Origin: Eledone cirrhosa
Taxonomy: Eukaryota
NCBI GenBank assembly: GCA_964016885.1
Contig: OZ024756.1
Span: forward strand, 33,604,001-33,668,000
Length of the DNA stretch: 64,000 nucleotides
Reading direction: 5' to 3'
Of this stretch, positions 28,151-43,343 are shown piece after piece. A model generated the notes under the pieces. It worked only from the letters and a program-made list of their open reading frames with translations. It did not search any database and was not told the DNA's origin. Positions within the stretch are counted from its first letter, which is position 1; each line of letters begins with the position of its first letter. Position numbers and translations under genes: made by a program.

Positions 28151-29489
28151 CTCTCTAATTTTAATTTCTTAATTACAAGGTGTATCTAATTCTTTTCTTG
28201 GTCTGCCATGGGTTATCGTTCCTGCTCTTTGGTTTAAATTGATTAAATCCGTGAATAAATGATTTTTCGCGTTTAACGTCAAAAGAAATAGACGATATAC
28301 AGTAGTTTATTTTCCAGAAGATGTGTTCTTTATTTTCACCAACACGCCCAAGGATTACTTGCAAAATCAAGGATCTCCGGAAAGTATATAAAACACTTAT
28401 AAGTATGCCGCCGTGATATATGGGCATTTTAGATCTGGTGGTGCCTATCACTCTGCAAGTCTTTACCTCACCTGATTTCTTCCCTAGGGAGTCGGAGTCA
28501 ATATTGGAAAGCATTCTATCTGACCTACAAATGACTCTCCGAATTTTCCACCTAAATATGTTGAGAGGTATTTAGTATTTTTCACATTGGTGTTTCAAAT
28601 AAAAGAGAGAGCAGTGTACTGGTTTATTATGAAACCCAGTTGTGGCATACATTATCATCTAACCCAACGGAACAAATCCTTGTAATATATTATTTCAGTT
28701 AATTCCATAGTATTTTATAAGCATCTCTAACGAAATATTACCATGAACCTGTGTATTAGCATATTATCAATGACGGATTCAAGAACAACCTTATTATTTT
28801 TCGTATTATTATTATTATTTGCATTCTTCTTAAGCATCCTATCATAGACGAAGTTGTTATTTCTGATCTGCATTTTATCACTGTGAAGACTATCTTTAGT
28901 GTCTCGTGCTAGAATAAGGAAATAAAAATATCCATTTAATTTCCGCAGTTATAGTTATATCGCTTTGTGCGTTGCTATAAAGCATCGCAGACAAATCTTT
29001 ACTAATTTTAAAAGGAAAAATGAATTATTTATACTCGTAAACTAAAACCGCTTCATGTTTAATTTCATATGCTCTAAACTGCATCACTATATGCATTTGG
29101 CTAGCAAGCAATTCAAATTCATATCCTTTGTGCAAAGAAAAGTTGACTTTAAAGCTTTCCGCTTGCTTTCTCCTCTTGTATAAGCTGAATATCTTCTCAG
29201 GGTATACGAATCATAAAAATAGCTAGGAAATTAGTCTCCACGCTCACGCAATTATCAGTACGGGAACAGAACTATCATTACATTAACCTCTACTTTCATT
29301 CTTCCCTTCTTCTTTATGTGTTCCACTTCATACAGGATATTTATGCACTGAAATATTCCAGAGCGTTATATAGAACCAGCAGGTATATAGCATTTATCAC
29401 TTCCTTTAGTATAATATTAACTTGTAGATGTTTCATTCACAATTCATCTCTATGTATATATGTAAGCATGTATATATGCATATAATAAC

Positions 29490-29554
<65 letters not shown>

Positions 29555-29716
29555 GTATATATATATCTATATATATATCTATATATATAGAGAGAGAGAC
29601 AGAGAGTTATATATATATATATGTGTGTGTGTGAGTGTGTATGTGTATAGATATGCATATATATATAAATAATATTAGAACAGAAATAATATTATATTAT
29701 ACATATATATATGCAC

Positions 29717-29797
<81 letters not shown>

Positions 29798-29857
29798 TAG
29801 ATATATACATATATACATATATATGCATATATATATTACATATATATATAAATATAC

Positions 29858-29931
<74 letters not shown>

Positions 29932-29986
29932 AGCATATATTATATATAATATATATATATATACATATATATATTCATATATATAT

Positions 29987-30039
<53 letters not shown>

Positions 30040-30094
30040 TATATATATAAGCATATATTATATATAATATATATATATATACATATATATATTC

Positions 30095-30190
<96 letters not shown>

Positions 30191-31245
30191 CAAGTGGAAT
30201 ACTGACAAATGCCATTTTAATCTTTCTGACATTTTCATTCTAGTAAAATCGCTTACATTTTATCGGATACGTGAGTTTATGTCGTATGATGACATATATC
30301 AATTCTTTTAAACATTCTGATCGGAATATATCAATATAATTTTCTTGAATATGAAATTGTTTACGCATACGAAACTTGGAGGCGGGCTTTTAGTAAATAG
30401 ATGAACACAGGAAGGGGAAAATCACATTAATCATACACACGTGGGTGTATATATGATCTGATATGTATATATACATATCATCGTGAAAACAAGTTATAGA
30501 AAAATCCTTGGAATATACGCAATGTACATACATATATCAACCCGGCTTTAAGATACATTTATACTGTTATCTGAAGATTATAATATTTTCACATATTTAA
30601 AAGAATACCATTATGATTGATTGACTGAATGGTAAGATTTTTAAAACTTACTACAAAGAGACGAGTTTTTTTCTACTATTTTTTTTTATTTTATTTGCTT
30701 CTCTCTACGAAAAACTATACATTCTTACTGATTAGATAACTCTATGGAGATAATCATTAAAAATATATATTTCTTCTTTTATTTTACTATGGCAACGGAG
30801 TCGCTGGAAACTTGATATATATTGTAAGTTACTTCAAGTTAAAGCTCAGATAAAATTATACTTTGAAAAGTATATGCGTCAAACACACACACATACGTGT
30901 GTTGTGGTGGGGGTGAATAGTGGGGCTTAGTGGTTAAGTTGTAGGCCTCATTATCGTAAGGACATGAGTTCGGTTCCCATAAAGGAAGGCTCCTTATTTT
31001 ACGTTGTAAATATGTATCGGCTTTTGCCCATTATTTGGATAACTTTGGCGTCTTCGAGAAGGAAGATGCATGGTTACAGTTGTTCTTCCACATAACACAC
31101 CCTGCCAAGGCTTGTATCTTGAACAAAGCTGCCTGTGATTCTATGAACCAAATTCAACAAATTCTAAAATATTCCTATTTTAATTGATATCTTCCAATAT
31201 AACTTTATGTAAGAACCATATGTAAAGTTATTATTATCATTATGA

Positions 31246-31440
31246 GTGCGGTGGATTGGCAGAATCGGTCAAGCGTCGGACAAAATTTGTGTTATTTAGT
31301 TATGGCCCTCTACGCTCTGAGATCAAATCCCACCGAGGTTAGCTTTGCATTTCATCCTTCGATAAAAGAAAGTACCAATCACACTCTGGGTCGATTTGAT
31401 CGACTTTCCCTTCCTACAAATCAGAAACTATAATTATTAT
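31246..31440 (+). mobile_element. SINE family A, diverged
   Basis: gcggtggattggcagaatcgg...gatcaaatcccaccgaggttagctttgc. Confidence 0.8.
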
Positions 31441-32407
31441 CATTATGATAATTAAAACATTGGCAAATCGTTTAGAAGTCTTCAATAATTAAATAAAATA
31501 CAGTGACAAAGGGGTGAATCTGAGCCTCTGTCGATTCTGTCAATAGACCACAATTTAGTACATGTCATGTAAATAGGTCTGTGTATAGAATCTGCAGGAA
31601 ATATGTAAATATATAGGCCGGTAAAATACGAACTGGGAATGTAGCAATTGTAATCTAAGTAGGACTGCTGTGTCAGTTGAAGGTTTTTTCAACTATATAC
31701 AACATCAGCACATCATTCCCTACTCTGTTGCATCGAATTGTCAATTTTCTGATCACAGTGACAAAGTGTGCATTGAGGCGTTCTTATATTCTGAAAGGTC
31801 ATGCATTTAGATCACGAAAGCTCTTAAAAGCCATAAGGGGATGGTTGAATGTCTGAGAGAAAGAGAAGAAAATGATAGAGGTTATGTGTGTATTTCCATT
31901 TGTTCCATCAAATCAAACCAGCAAATAATAAAATTTAAAAAAAAAACATAATAAAGACTGCTTGCTGCTCTTCCATATTAAGCAGAATCAATTAATGAAT
32001 TAGTATGTTTAATGCAATACAATTTTGTCTTTTTTTAGTGTAAAAGGCACAGGTTGACATTGTAGAGTAAATGTGTACAACTTCATGTATCAAGAATATG
32101 TCAATAGGGAGGAAACACGAAAAGAATGTATCGAATTTTCCCGTAAGTAGTGAAAGGGGAGTTTTACTGAGTGGCTGTCCAGATACTCTAGCAATTACAG
32201 TCAAATCTTTTTTTCAAATTACACCGCACCATCCTTTAAAAAAAGGATGAACTTTGTAATGCCAACTTATATATAATGTGTTCGAAATGCAATTTTGGTG
32301 TGTTTTTTTTTTATATATACTGTTTTATAACAAACACGGATTCTAATCCTTGAGGTCATTAAATTACAGGGGATTAACGCGAGTTTGTAAGTCCATTTTT
32401 GAATTTG

Positions 32408-32572
<165 letters not shown>

Positions 32573-33686
32573 GGTGTATAGTGATTATGTGAGTGAGTGA
32601 ATGTGTAGGCTGGTGGAAAGGAAGAAAGTATAACGTGTTTGCTATGATATCTCTTTGAAATATTCATCAAGTTGTACATTCATCGACATTATAATAACAT
32701 TCCCACTATTCCATACTGAGAACGTTGCATTATTCCGAAGTAATTTTTCACTAAATCCACTTTAAAATTTGAAAGGCAAAACTGAATAGAGAAACGGAGA
32801 ACAATCTACTAGTAACTTCGGGGGGAAATATTTCTAGATATCATTGTTCTTAGGTCAGCATATAGTTTAGTTTTAGACGAAGGTAAGATTTTCTTTTTCT
32901 TTTTCGCTTGTTATAATTTTAGTTGTTAATTGTTGTTGTATTTGTTGTTGCTTTTCACTTGTTGATAACTAACAGAGAAATTATGTATTATATTTATAAT
33001 GTAATATTCTGGAATATTCTATTATATGTATATTAATTTTTAATTCATATATCGAGATTCTGTGATAATATCTAACATTCACCAGAGACAAAGTATATAA
33101 ATTTCCTTGGGAAAAGTCTCCTAACGACATTTATAAGTGATAAAAGAATGAATGTAGCACTTCGGTTTAAGCCATATGTTCTGTGCAAACCAATAATCTA
33201 CGAACATAATCGAATAATATTCGATCAATAGAACGCCGCTGAGTAACACTGTTTGATGCTAACTTAATTTCCCTTGCTTTATTGTAGCAAGTGCACAGAA
33301 TTTTGCACAAAAATCTATATTATAATATTATGCGTGCTACCAATGCAGCTTTTGTACATTTTCTATGTCAAAATGAGCAGATGTGATACATAGAGAAACT
33401 AGAATCTAACACTTCATAACGTACGAAATACACCACGACGCATCTCTCTCCACCACGCCGCACAACCTCCGACGACACCTCAACCTGTTGCAGATATATG
33501 CAATGCAAAGCTATGCATATATATATGTGTGACATGTATATGAATGTCCATGTTTCTCTAACTATAAATATTAGATGCAATCCTCCCATATAACTAAGAA
33601 CACGGAAGCAAATATATATTCACGTCTATTTTATGCATAACTATTCCCAAGATCCTTTTCGAATATATGCACAGACACAAAAACAC

Positions 33687-33723
<37 letters not shown>

Positions 33724-33775
33724 AGTGTGTATGGTCTATGTGGGTGTGCATGTGTGTACGTGTATGCATATATGC

Positions 33776-33840
<65 letters not shown>

Positions 33841-33887
33841 CTATCTATCTATATATATTCATATGTATATATATATATATGTAAGTA

Positions 33888-33993
<106 letters not shown>

Positions 33994-34201
33994 TGTGTGT
34001 CTCTGTATGTATATATAAATATACATAGCTATATCCAAATGGTGGTGAAGGAGTGTTAAACATATTTTATATAACTTAAAGGTTGAAAGCAATACCGTAT
34101 GTTGTAGGTGGGCAGCTTCTGAATCATCCTCATATACTTTCTCTATACGTACATACATATAAATGTATATATATATATATATGCATGTATATACATACAT
34201 G

Positions 34202-34623
<422 letters not shown>

Positions 34624-34784
34624 CGGCGACGAGAGAAATAGTTCAACAGAAATTAGAAGACCGTTTCAAACTCACTTAATTCACAGGTTGGATTTTCAAC
34701 TCGTGTATTGAACTCAGAGTTCGTTTCCTCGATGTTAAAGTTGACAACTGCTTTAGTTTAGTTATAGTCACTGTATGTATAAAA

Positions 34785-35393
34785 AATTAGTTCTACTATT
34801 GGCACAAAGCCACCAATCATCCCAGTGTAATACTGGTACTTTATTTGACCGACCCCGTAAGGATGAAAGGCAAAGTTAACCTCGACGAGATTTGAACTCA
34901 GACCGTAAAAGTACGTAAAAACGCTGGAAAGCATGGCGTCCGACCCTACGACCGTCTACCGATACTGCCAATCCACCGCCTTTGTATGTATAAATAATTG
35001 TTTCTACTTCTGGCACAAGGCCAACAATTATCTCAGTGCATTACTGGTACTTTATTTTATCGACCCCGAAAGGATGAAAGGCAAAGTTAACCTTGGCAGG
35101 ATTTGAACTCAGACCGTAAAGGGCCGTAACTCTGTATTGCTAAGCATGGCGTCCGATCCTCTACGGATACTGCCAATAATGGTCACTGATTTAGGCCTAG
35201 CGCCAGCCATACTGGGGGAGGGGATGGCCGATAAAATTGACATAGCACTTCACTGTTACTTTATTTTATCGACCATCGAATGATGAAAGGCAAAGTTGTC
35301 CTCGACGGTATTTGAAATCAAAGTGTAAAGGAGCGTAACTAAGTGACGTAAAACAGTTTGGTCGAGGCTCTAACGATTCTGACAATCCACCGC
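34785..35393 (-). mobile_element. Three adjacent SINE family A copies
   Basis: Copies at about 34785-34980, 34996-35176 and an older one at 35186-35393. tgtatgtataaa is repeated at 34772 and 34983. Confidence 0.9.
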
Positions 35394-36400
35394 CAAGTCG
35401 CTGCGTAAATAATATCAGCGCTTGTGTTTGCTTTTCTCTGTTTAATCAAGTAATATTTGTTCAAAATTCCAAATGGATTGTGTTGTTTGTTAACGTAAAA
35501 ATCAAATGTTTTGCTATTAAACAACTATCGATTGTCATGCAACTCTCAAATGTCCTAACGATCAACTGCTGTTGTACGTACAGCAACAAGATCAGGTTTG
35601 GTTGAAATGTCAACAGTACCGGTCGTCCATGCGAAAATAAACATTATGTGTGTGTTCAGCTAGTTATAAATAACTACCGTGGGATACAAACAGTTCAACA
35701 ATTACAAGCAAACGGGGTTTCGTTATGATTACAAAATATCGTCTCACTGGACAGAAATGCCAACATCAAGTTGTATTATGGATCTGTAATGCGTAGCAAG
35801 AAATGGTCTTAAATATTGTTTACTGGAATTCCACAATCTTTGCAACATCATCAGTAATCCGTTCATCGCCCTTTTGGGGCGATATATATATAAATACGAA
35901 CACACAGACATCCTCACACCTCAGACACACACGCACTCACACATACACACAGACACACACAATATATATATATATATATAACAACGATAGTGAGTATAAT
36001 CGAAGTTGCAGCTTCGACTAGTATCTTTCGAATATAACCCTCAGAAGCTGGCACAAGCACTAAATGAGATTATATCGATAAATCGATATATTATATCTCA
36101 GAGTAATAAACATACGTTAAAGGTGTCACAAAATGAAAATTGGAGTCGGGTAAAATCTGCCACAAAAGCCACCACAAAATCGAAAATACAAATAGGTAAT
36201 ATACGAACCTGGACCTGATCGATAGATATTATAAAATATCTTTGATTGACTTCTGGGAATGCAATTTCCACACTCCAATTTGCGCAATATGCATGTCAGC
36301 AATGTATCCTAATATCGAACATGGATTCCCTTTCTCAACAGACGTTTCGTTTTATATATATATATATATATGTTTGTATATATATATATAAATATATATA

Positions 36401-37020
36401 AAGAATGAATAATAACAGGTAGACATCATAAAAAGGTAATTTATTCCGTGTGCTTACAAGTGTTTCCACGGTGGTACTACAGCCTAGTTATGCTATGTGC
36501 AAATTCACAAGTACTTGCAGAACTCAATATCCAATGCTGTGACCACTGTTTCCTCTGAGGAAACAGTGGTCACAGCATTGGATATTTGAGTTCTTACAAG
36601 TGGAAACACTTGTAAGCACACGGAATAAATTACCTTTTTATGATGTCTACCTGTTATTATTCCGGTGGATTGGCAGTATCGGTAGAGGGTCGGACGCCAT
36701 GCTTTCCAGCATAGTTACGTCCCTTTTACGATCTGAGTTCAAATCCCGCCGAGGTTGACTTTGCCTTTCATCCTTACGGGGTCGATAAAATAAAGTACCA
36801 GTAATGCACTGGGTAATTGCTGGCCTTGTGCCAAAAGTAGAAACAATTATTCATTCTTTATATACACTCCGGAATACAGAAGGATCAGGAAGTAAGTTTC
36901 TTCAACAATTCTTCCATAACTCGTAGAGTAACCTCTTACCGTACGTCAACCATATCCAGTGTAGTAATTAACCATTACTACATCTTGAATAATCCTATAC
37001 CTAATATATATTAATATATA

Positions 37021-37024
<4 letters not shown>
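36401..37024 (+). mobile_element. Penelope-like fold-back centred on CTGAGGA; right arm interrupted by a SINE
   Basis: Left arm 36401-36555, 1-nt loop, right arm 36557-36662 + 36851-36864, tail to (TA)n. GAAAC-actt-GTA-AGC and AATAAA occur in both arms. Confidence 0.85.
36663..36850 (+). mobile_element. SINE family A, near full length, nested in the fold-back arm
   Basis: Very close to the family pattern; short duplication attattc; absent from the mirror arm. Confidence 0.95.
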
Positions 37025-37076
<52 letters not shown>

Positions 37077-37233
37077 TTAATTTGTTGGATAACTTGAACC
37101 GTTATTTGGTCATGTCAAATATTTATAAAACATTCTGTATTTTACCTCTACCAAAATTTTTGGTACCCTTGTAATATGTATAATAGAATAAATATGCTTT
37201 TATAAATATAGTTTCCATTTATTTAATATCAAT

Positions 37234-37296
<63 letters not shown>

Positions 37297-37913
37297 CACA
37301 AATAATTAATGAAAATGAGGTTAGATTAAAAGGAATTTTACCGAAGAGACACATAGGGGAATCTAACCCGGAAGAACTGGTTTACAAAGTAACCTTATTA
37401 ATCACACATGTATGACAATGTGTATACCGGGGAAAATCTACTTGAGAGAAGAAGTAAAGCTATCGATCAGAGAATGGAGGTAAGTTAAAGGAACAGTATA
37501 TTAGTTCGTGTATTGCCGAATACAACATTCTGTCTTTTTTTTTCTCCTTCATTTATTTTTCATGAGAAAATCGATTTCCAGATTTTTCAGTTTGTTAATT
37601 AAAACGAAGACTGTCATTATTGAAATTCTGCATATTCATTTCTTTGTTGTGCATAATTATGTAATCGATATATTAAAGGGATCATATTTGATTTCATGTG
37701 TTGTCAGTTGATTTTCAAGGAGATTTTCACATTTTAGATTTATTCAATTCTTTCATTTATTTTTGTTGTTGTTGTTTTATTATGTTTTTCCTTATTTTCT
37801 CAAACTGTAGAGGATTATATAACCGTGGTGAAGGCGTGTGTTAAAGTCATTAGAATGCTGACTCACGATCGTATGGTGATAAATTTGATTAATGTGACAC
37901 GTTGTGAGCTCTC

Positions 37914-38240
37914 GTCCTTTCAAATGCAAACAGTTGGTTCTCGAAGTGGCACTTTTGTGACATAGTGTCCAATCAATCTCCAAAATATTAAGCGTGAATG
38001 TCTTTGTGGAATGCTTAGATACTTGACTGTTAATTTCACAAGTATGTTCGTTGGTGACACGTTGTATCTTTGAGAAAGACATTCTATTTCACCTAGTCCT
38101 GGTCCTTTCAATTGGTTGTTGAAGTAATTTAAAGTGGTAGCTTTGTAACATAGTGTTCCGATCAATCTCCAAAATATGAAGGGTGCACGTGTTTGTTGAA
38201 TGCTTAGACACTTGCCCATTAATTTCACAAGTATGTTGGC
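37914..38240 (+). repeat. Diverged direct duplication (period ~188 bp) of an interspersed-repeat segment
   Basis: catagtgt.c..atcaatctccaaaatat...gaatgcttaga.acttg....ttaatttcacaagtatgtt occurs twice; related sequence near 19815-19895. Confidence 0.8.
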
Positions 38241-38397
38241 CCGTTGATCGAATAGTGGGTACATCCCTCGAAGGTCCAACACTCCTATGACTAATGTTAC
38301 TGAATATCAGATATTATTTTCCATAGGGCTGTTCAATAACAATATGTTTCCCCTAAAGGGTAACAATATTTATACAACTCTTTCCACTCGGAAAACC

Positions 38398-38432
38398 ACC
38401 CTGTTGATGGATCTGAAATCCGAAATATAGGG
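38398..38432 (+). ncRNA. Minimal hammerhead-like motif (core CTGTTGA, degenerate)
   Basis: CC-CTGTTGA-tGGATctgaaATCC-GAAAT-ATA-GGG, followed by attaaa. Confidence 0.55.
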
Positions 38433-38647
38433 ACTATTAAATCGCTTTCAAAGTAACTCTCGTGTTATTAATTTTTACACTTTTCCTACGTTCTATGACG
38501 CTCTCTACGTCTCTTCCTACGCTTCCTCTTACAACTCTCTGTCAATACCACCTGATTTTGTTACCCGGAGATTTAACCATCACCTTTGTTGGGGTTTCCA
38601 ACACGACTATTTTTTTTATTTAATTATATATTCTGATATAACATAAT

Positions 38648-38839
38648 TCTTTCTACTTTTTGGCACAAGGCCAGCAATTATCCAATGCATTACTGGTATT
38701 TTATTCTATCGACCCCGGAAGGATGAAAGGCAAAGTTAACCTCGGCGGGATTTGAACTCAGATCATACAGGGAGGTAAGTCTATGCTATGCTTCAAAGCA
38801 TGGCATCCGACCCTCTACCGATACTGCCAATCCACCGCC
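38648..38839 (-). mobile_element. SINE family A, full length, 17-bp TSD
   Basis: TSD ttctgatataacataat at 38631-38647 and 38840-38856. Confidence 0.95.
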
Positions 38840-39389
38840 TTCTGATATAACATAATGTGACCGGTTCATCATCCTTGAGGTCAGGAGGAGAGACAAGTTG
38901 CATAGACTGCAGGAAATTGTGTCAGAGAGAAAACAGAAAGAAATTAGAATCCGAATTCCTTATGGCCGGGCGACAAAAAGCCAGGCTTATAATGTCAATA
39001 TTAGCATTGGATAGGGTGGTGGTGGATTGGCAGAATCGATACCGCTCGATCGGCATGCTTCTCGGCCTGGTTACGTCCTTTTACATACTGATTTCAAATC
39101 CCGCTAAAGTTAGCTTTCCCTCTTATCTAACATTACATCAATTCTGCCAAACCACCAGCCTGGAATGATACATTATTTATACCGACTCTGAAAGGATGAC
39201 ATATATGGCAGACAGGCTGAACTCATTTTATTCTTCAGAGATATATGTGTTATATTTCGTAAGAAGTTTGAATCTTTCATTGATTGATGCAATGCAGTAT
39301 GTTACACACACACACACACATACATACATATATACATACATATATATATATATATGTATATGTATATATATATATATGTTATGTATATG

Positions 39390-39481
<92 letters not shown>

Positions 39482-39806
39482 CATATATATATATTTATAT
39501 AATATTTATGTAATATTTATATGATATTTTTTAAAATAAATATTATATAAATATAACATATATAATATATCTACATTATATATCATATATATATAACACA
39601 TATTAAATGTATATACAATATTGATTGTCATGAATTAGGTTTCAAAGTTCCATATACTTTCACAGATAAAATAAATCTAAAACTTTGCAGTTCAAAATAT
39701 TCAACAATATTTCCGTTTGATCGATAGATGAATATCTTTTGATTATGGAAAATGCGATATGTTACAAAAACTCATATATATATATATACGTGTGTGTGTG
39801 TGTGTG

Positions 39807-39884
<78 letters not shown>

Positions 39885-39995
39885 CTTGTTCTGTGTCTGC
39901 ACGGTGATATATATATAAATATATGCTTAAATATATCATACATATGAGTTTATGCATATAGATATATGTATATTTATATATATATACTGTATATG

Positions 39996-40083
<88 letters not shown>

Positions 40084-40098
40084 ACATGTATATATATA

Positions 40099-40136
<38 letters not shown>

Positions 40137-40626
40137 TATATGTATATATGTATATATATTTATTTATAGATATTTATGTGTCTAGAAATGTGTGTCTTTC
40201 ATGTGTTTGTTTGTCTGCGTGTATGTGTATGCAGGATATGGCAGTCTGCATATATGTGTGTGTATGTATATATATCAAACTCTATATAAATACAGGGGGT
40301 ACGATAGATACGATCGAATCCTTTCTGTGCCACGTACATCTGTATCGATCAAGGAAAATTAAAAGTGAAAGGTTTGTATTTAAGATATCAATTCTGATCT
40401 TAAATGTGGGTGAATGGAAATTCAATATGTTTATCCAGTAATATACAGCTTTCCTTCAACACTACCATTTCAATTTAATTTCATAATACTCTTGTAGTTT
40501 TATTTATATCCTTTCTATAATTGTAAAATCAATAATTGCACAAGACGCAGAGGGAAATATCAAATGAATTATTATATTAGATATTGAACGCTTCACAAAT
40601 TGCAGTCAGTATATCATTGCATGCAT

Positions 40627-40948
40627 GCATGGTCATGTAACTCCCGAGAGAGTCATAGCGGCGCTTCATTGATTTACGACATTTCTGGGGCATTTTAGAA
40701 ACTGGTGGAGGCCAATACTACAGTAGATATCTTCTAGAGAAGGACAGAGAATAATAGAATAAAGACGTTATTGCGAGAAAGATATATAGCGCATGAATCC
40801 ACCCCAGTACTAGATTATTACTTAGATTATCGAACACAAATGAATAAAATGCAAAGTTGAGCTCCGTGGGATTTGAAGTCAGACAGCAGAGAGTCGAAAC
40901 AAATACAACAAATTATTTTATCCGACGTTATAACGGATCTGCCAATCC
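40627..40948 (-). mobile_element. Old SINE A-related element with extended 3' region
   Basis: Collinear with 6362-6650. Confidence 0.65.
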
Positions 40949-41121
40949 TCGTGAGGAAATGAAATAGTTTTCCTTATATTCATTCTCACCTCATGACAAA
41001 TGTTTAATAGATACAAGCATGGCAATGTCAGTAAGAAGTTGTCAGGTTCAATCTTACTTCACGACACATCGGGTAAATGTCTTCTAACATGGCCCTGGTT
41101 TGAACAATATCTTTTATATAT

Positions 41122-41298
41122 CTCTATCTATCTAGGGCGGGTAAAATTCCCGAGATCCATGGACGAGTTCTCTCCAGCGGTCTCTGTCCCTCATTATCCC
41201 TGCCATGTCCTACGTCTCCAACAGACCAGTGTCTGTCCTTAGGGCATCAACATACGCCTTGGTCTTCCTCTTCCAGTGTGTCCATGTAGGTGCTCCCA
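41122..41298 (-). mobile_element. RTE-like LINE 3' end (ORF C-terminus + ATAG tail)
   Basis: Minus translation WEHLHGHTGRGRP / AYVDALRTDTGLLET*DMAGIMRDRDRWRELVHGSREFYPP*, then atagatag. Confidence 0.85.
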
Positions 41299-41722
41299 CG
41301 CATTGCACTGGAGAAACACCAGGACTCAGGCTTTACTGTAGCACCGGCTCAGAGCAGAAGAGTTAAGGCGAAAAAGGTATCAGATGCTAAATTTGCCGAC
41401 GACATAGTGTTGGTGACAAATACAGTGAAGGGGGCAGAGGATTTGATACGGGAGGTTGAGACTGTGTCGATGAGTGTGGGGCTGAGAATGAGTGAGACTA
41501 AAACAAAATATCTGGTAGAGAATGTTGAGAAGCCAGAGGGGATGACTAATGTAGGCGGGAAGCCGCTAGAATTGGTTGAGGGTTTCCTGTATTTGGGAGC
41601 AAAGATTGGGAATACGGAAGATGATGTGGCTGAGAGGAAGAGCAAAGCCTGGGCAGCGTGCCACAGCTTGAGATCGGTGTGGAAGTCGGACCTTCGTAAA
41701 GTCCTGAAAATCCGCCCCTTCA
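41299..41722 (+). pseudogene. RTE-like LINE reverse transcriptase fragment, inverted relative to its 3' end
   Basis: ORF 41290-41736 contains FADDIVL, GLRMSETKTKY, FLYLG and AWAACHSLRSVWKS. Confidence 0.92.
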
Positions 41723-41735
41723 TTTTATATATATA

Positions 41736-41852
<117 letters not shown>

Positions 41853-41918
41853 TTGGTGGTCACCGATCTGTCCAGCTCGTTTGTCTACTAGCATATCAGA
41901 AAAAATTATACATCTATG

Positions 41919-41996
41919 TATTTTGTCTGAAGAGGACATGTTTTGCTTTATGTTATACATAAAACTTTACATCTTTGAAATATATATAATAAAATA
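41919..41996 (+). ncRNA. Type I hammerhead motif with 43-nt stem II
   Basis: TATTTTGT-CTGAAGA-gga.ATGT...TTTATGT-tat-ACATAAA...ACATcttt-GAAAT-atat-ATA-ATAAAATA, within a ~200-nt insert between TA-rich tracts. Confidence 0.7.
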
Positions 41997-42055
41997 AATA
42001 GAGATGATATAAGTATTTATCTTTCGTTTATTACTATCATTATTATTATATACAA

Positions 42056-42099
<44 letters not shown>

Positions 42100-42115
42100 A
42101 TATTTATATATATAC

Positions 42116-42148
<33 letters not shown>

Positions 42149-42588
42149 TGTATATATGTCTGATTGTATGCATTTATGCTTGTGTGTATATATACACTCA
42201 CACACATATAGACAAACATCGTAATTTTATTTTTTAAACACCACCCCTTTTAAACGCCACCTTATTTTTTAAACACCACCCCTTCGGTCACAAATGTCCA
42301 TAGGATTTGTAACAAAAAAGTCCGGTCAGGGTGTTTTGTGGAAGACCAGCAGTCGGCCATGTATAACAGTCTCCCCCCTCCACACTACTGTGTGGTAGTA
42401 ATTAGTTTTATGGTAAGTAATATATGTAAGTAACTCTGTGCAACCGTACTATATTTTGCCGTACTATCAAATAAAGTAAGTGTTTTATTGCACAATTTAT
42501 ATACTGAAATAGAATGATAAGATATAATTCTGTTCATTTCCCATCAGTGATAGGTGTGTGTGTGTCTGAGAGTGTGTGTGGGGGGTGC

Positions 42589-42695
<107 letters not shown>

Positions 42696-43157
42696 TGCGT
42701 GTGTGTAGCATATACAAAGCGAGAATGATGGATATAGCAAGTCTTTTCTCAGCTCTCTTACCAAAAACAATTAGCCTAGTACCCTTGTATATATCGTCTT
42801 GCTATAGATAATATATTGCATTTAGAAATCCTTCCTTCTCAAAGAAGCAGTTATTAATTTGAACTGAATCATATTCTAGCTGAAACAGAAAACCGTTGCA
42901 GTAATTCATTTCCTTTGCCAGAAACGCGTACAGTACATCTGCCTCTAATACTGACAGTACATATTAAGAATTCAGTATTTAACAATAACAGTTCTCAACT
43001 ACGTTGTTCTAGTTGGCACTATATTACACAGGAACACATATATAAGAAATGGAATTAAACATACTTTCAAACTGAACGATTTTATTCGAAATTTATTTTT
43101 GTATTTCTGTATGAAACAGATAGAAGCTATTTCTCACATAATTATTATATATCATAG

Positions 43158-43343
43158 GGCGGTGGACTGGCAGTATCGGTAGAGAGTCGGACACCATGCT
43201 TTGAAGCATAGAGTTACGGCCCTTTATGATCTGAGTTCAAATCCCGCCGAGGTTAACTTTGCCTTTCATCCTTACGGGGTCGATACAATAAAGTACCAGT
43301 AATGTACTGGGTAATTGCTGGCCTTGTGCCTAAAATAGAAACA
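43158..43343 (+). mobile_element. SINE family A, full length, 17-bp TSD
   Basis: TSD attattatatatcatag at 43141-43157 and 43344-43360. Confidence 0.95.

Noticed and set aside
29830-30110. Duplicated compound TA microsatellite block
   Set aside because: Ordinary slippage or local assembly duplication.
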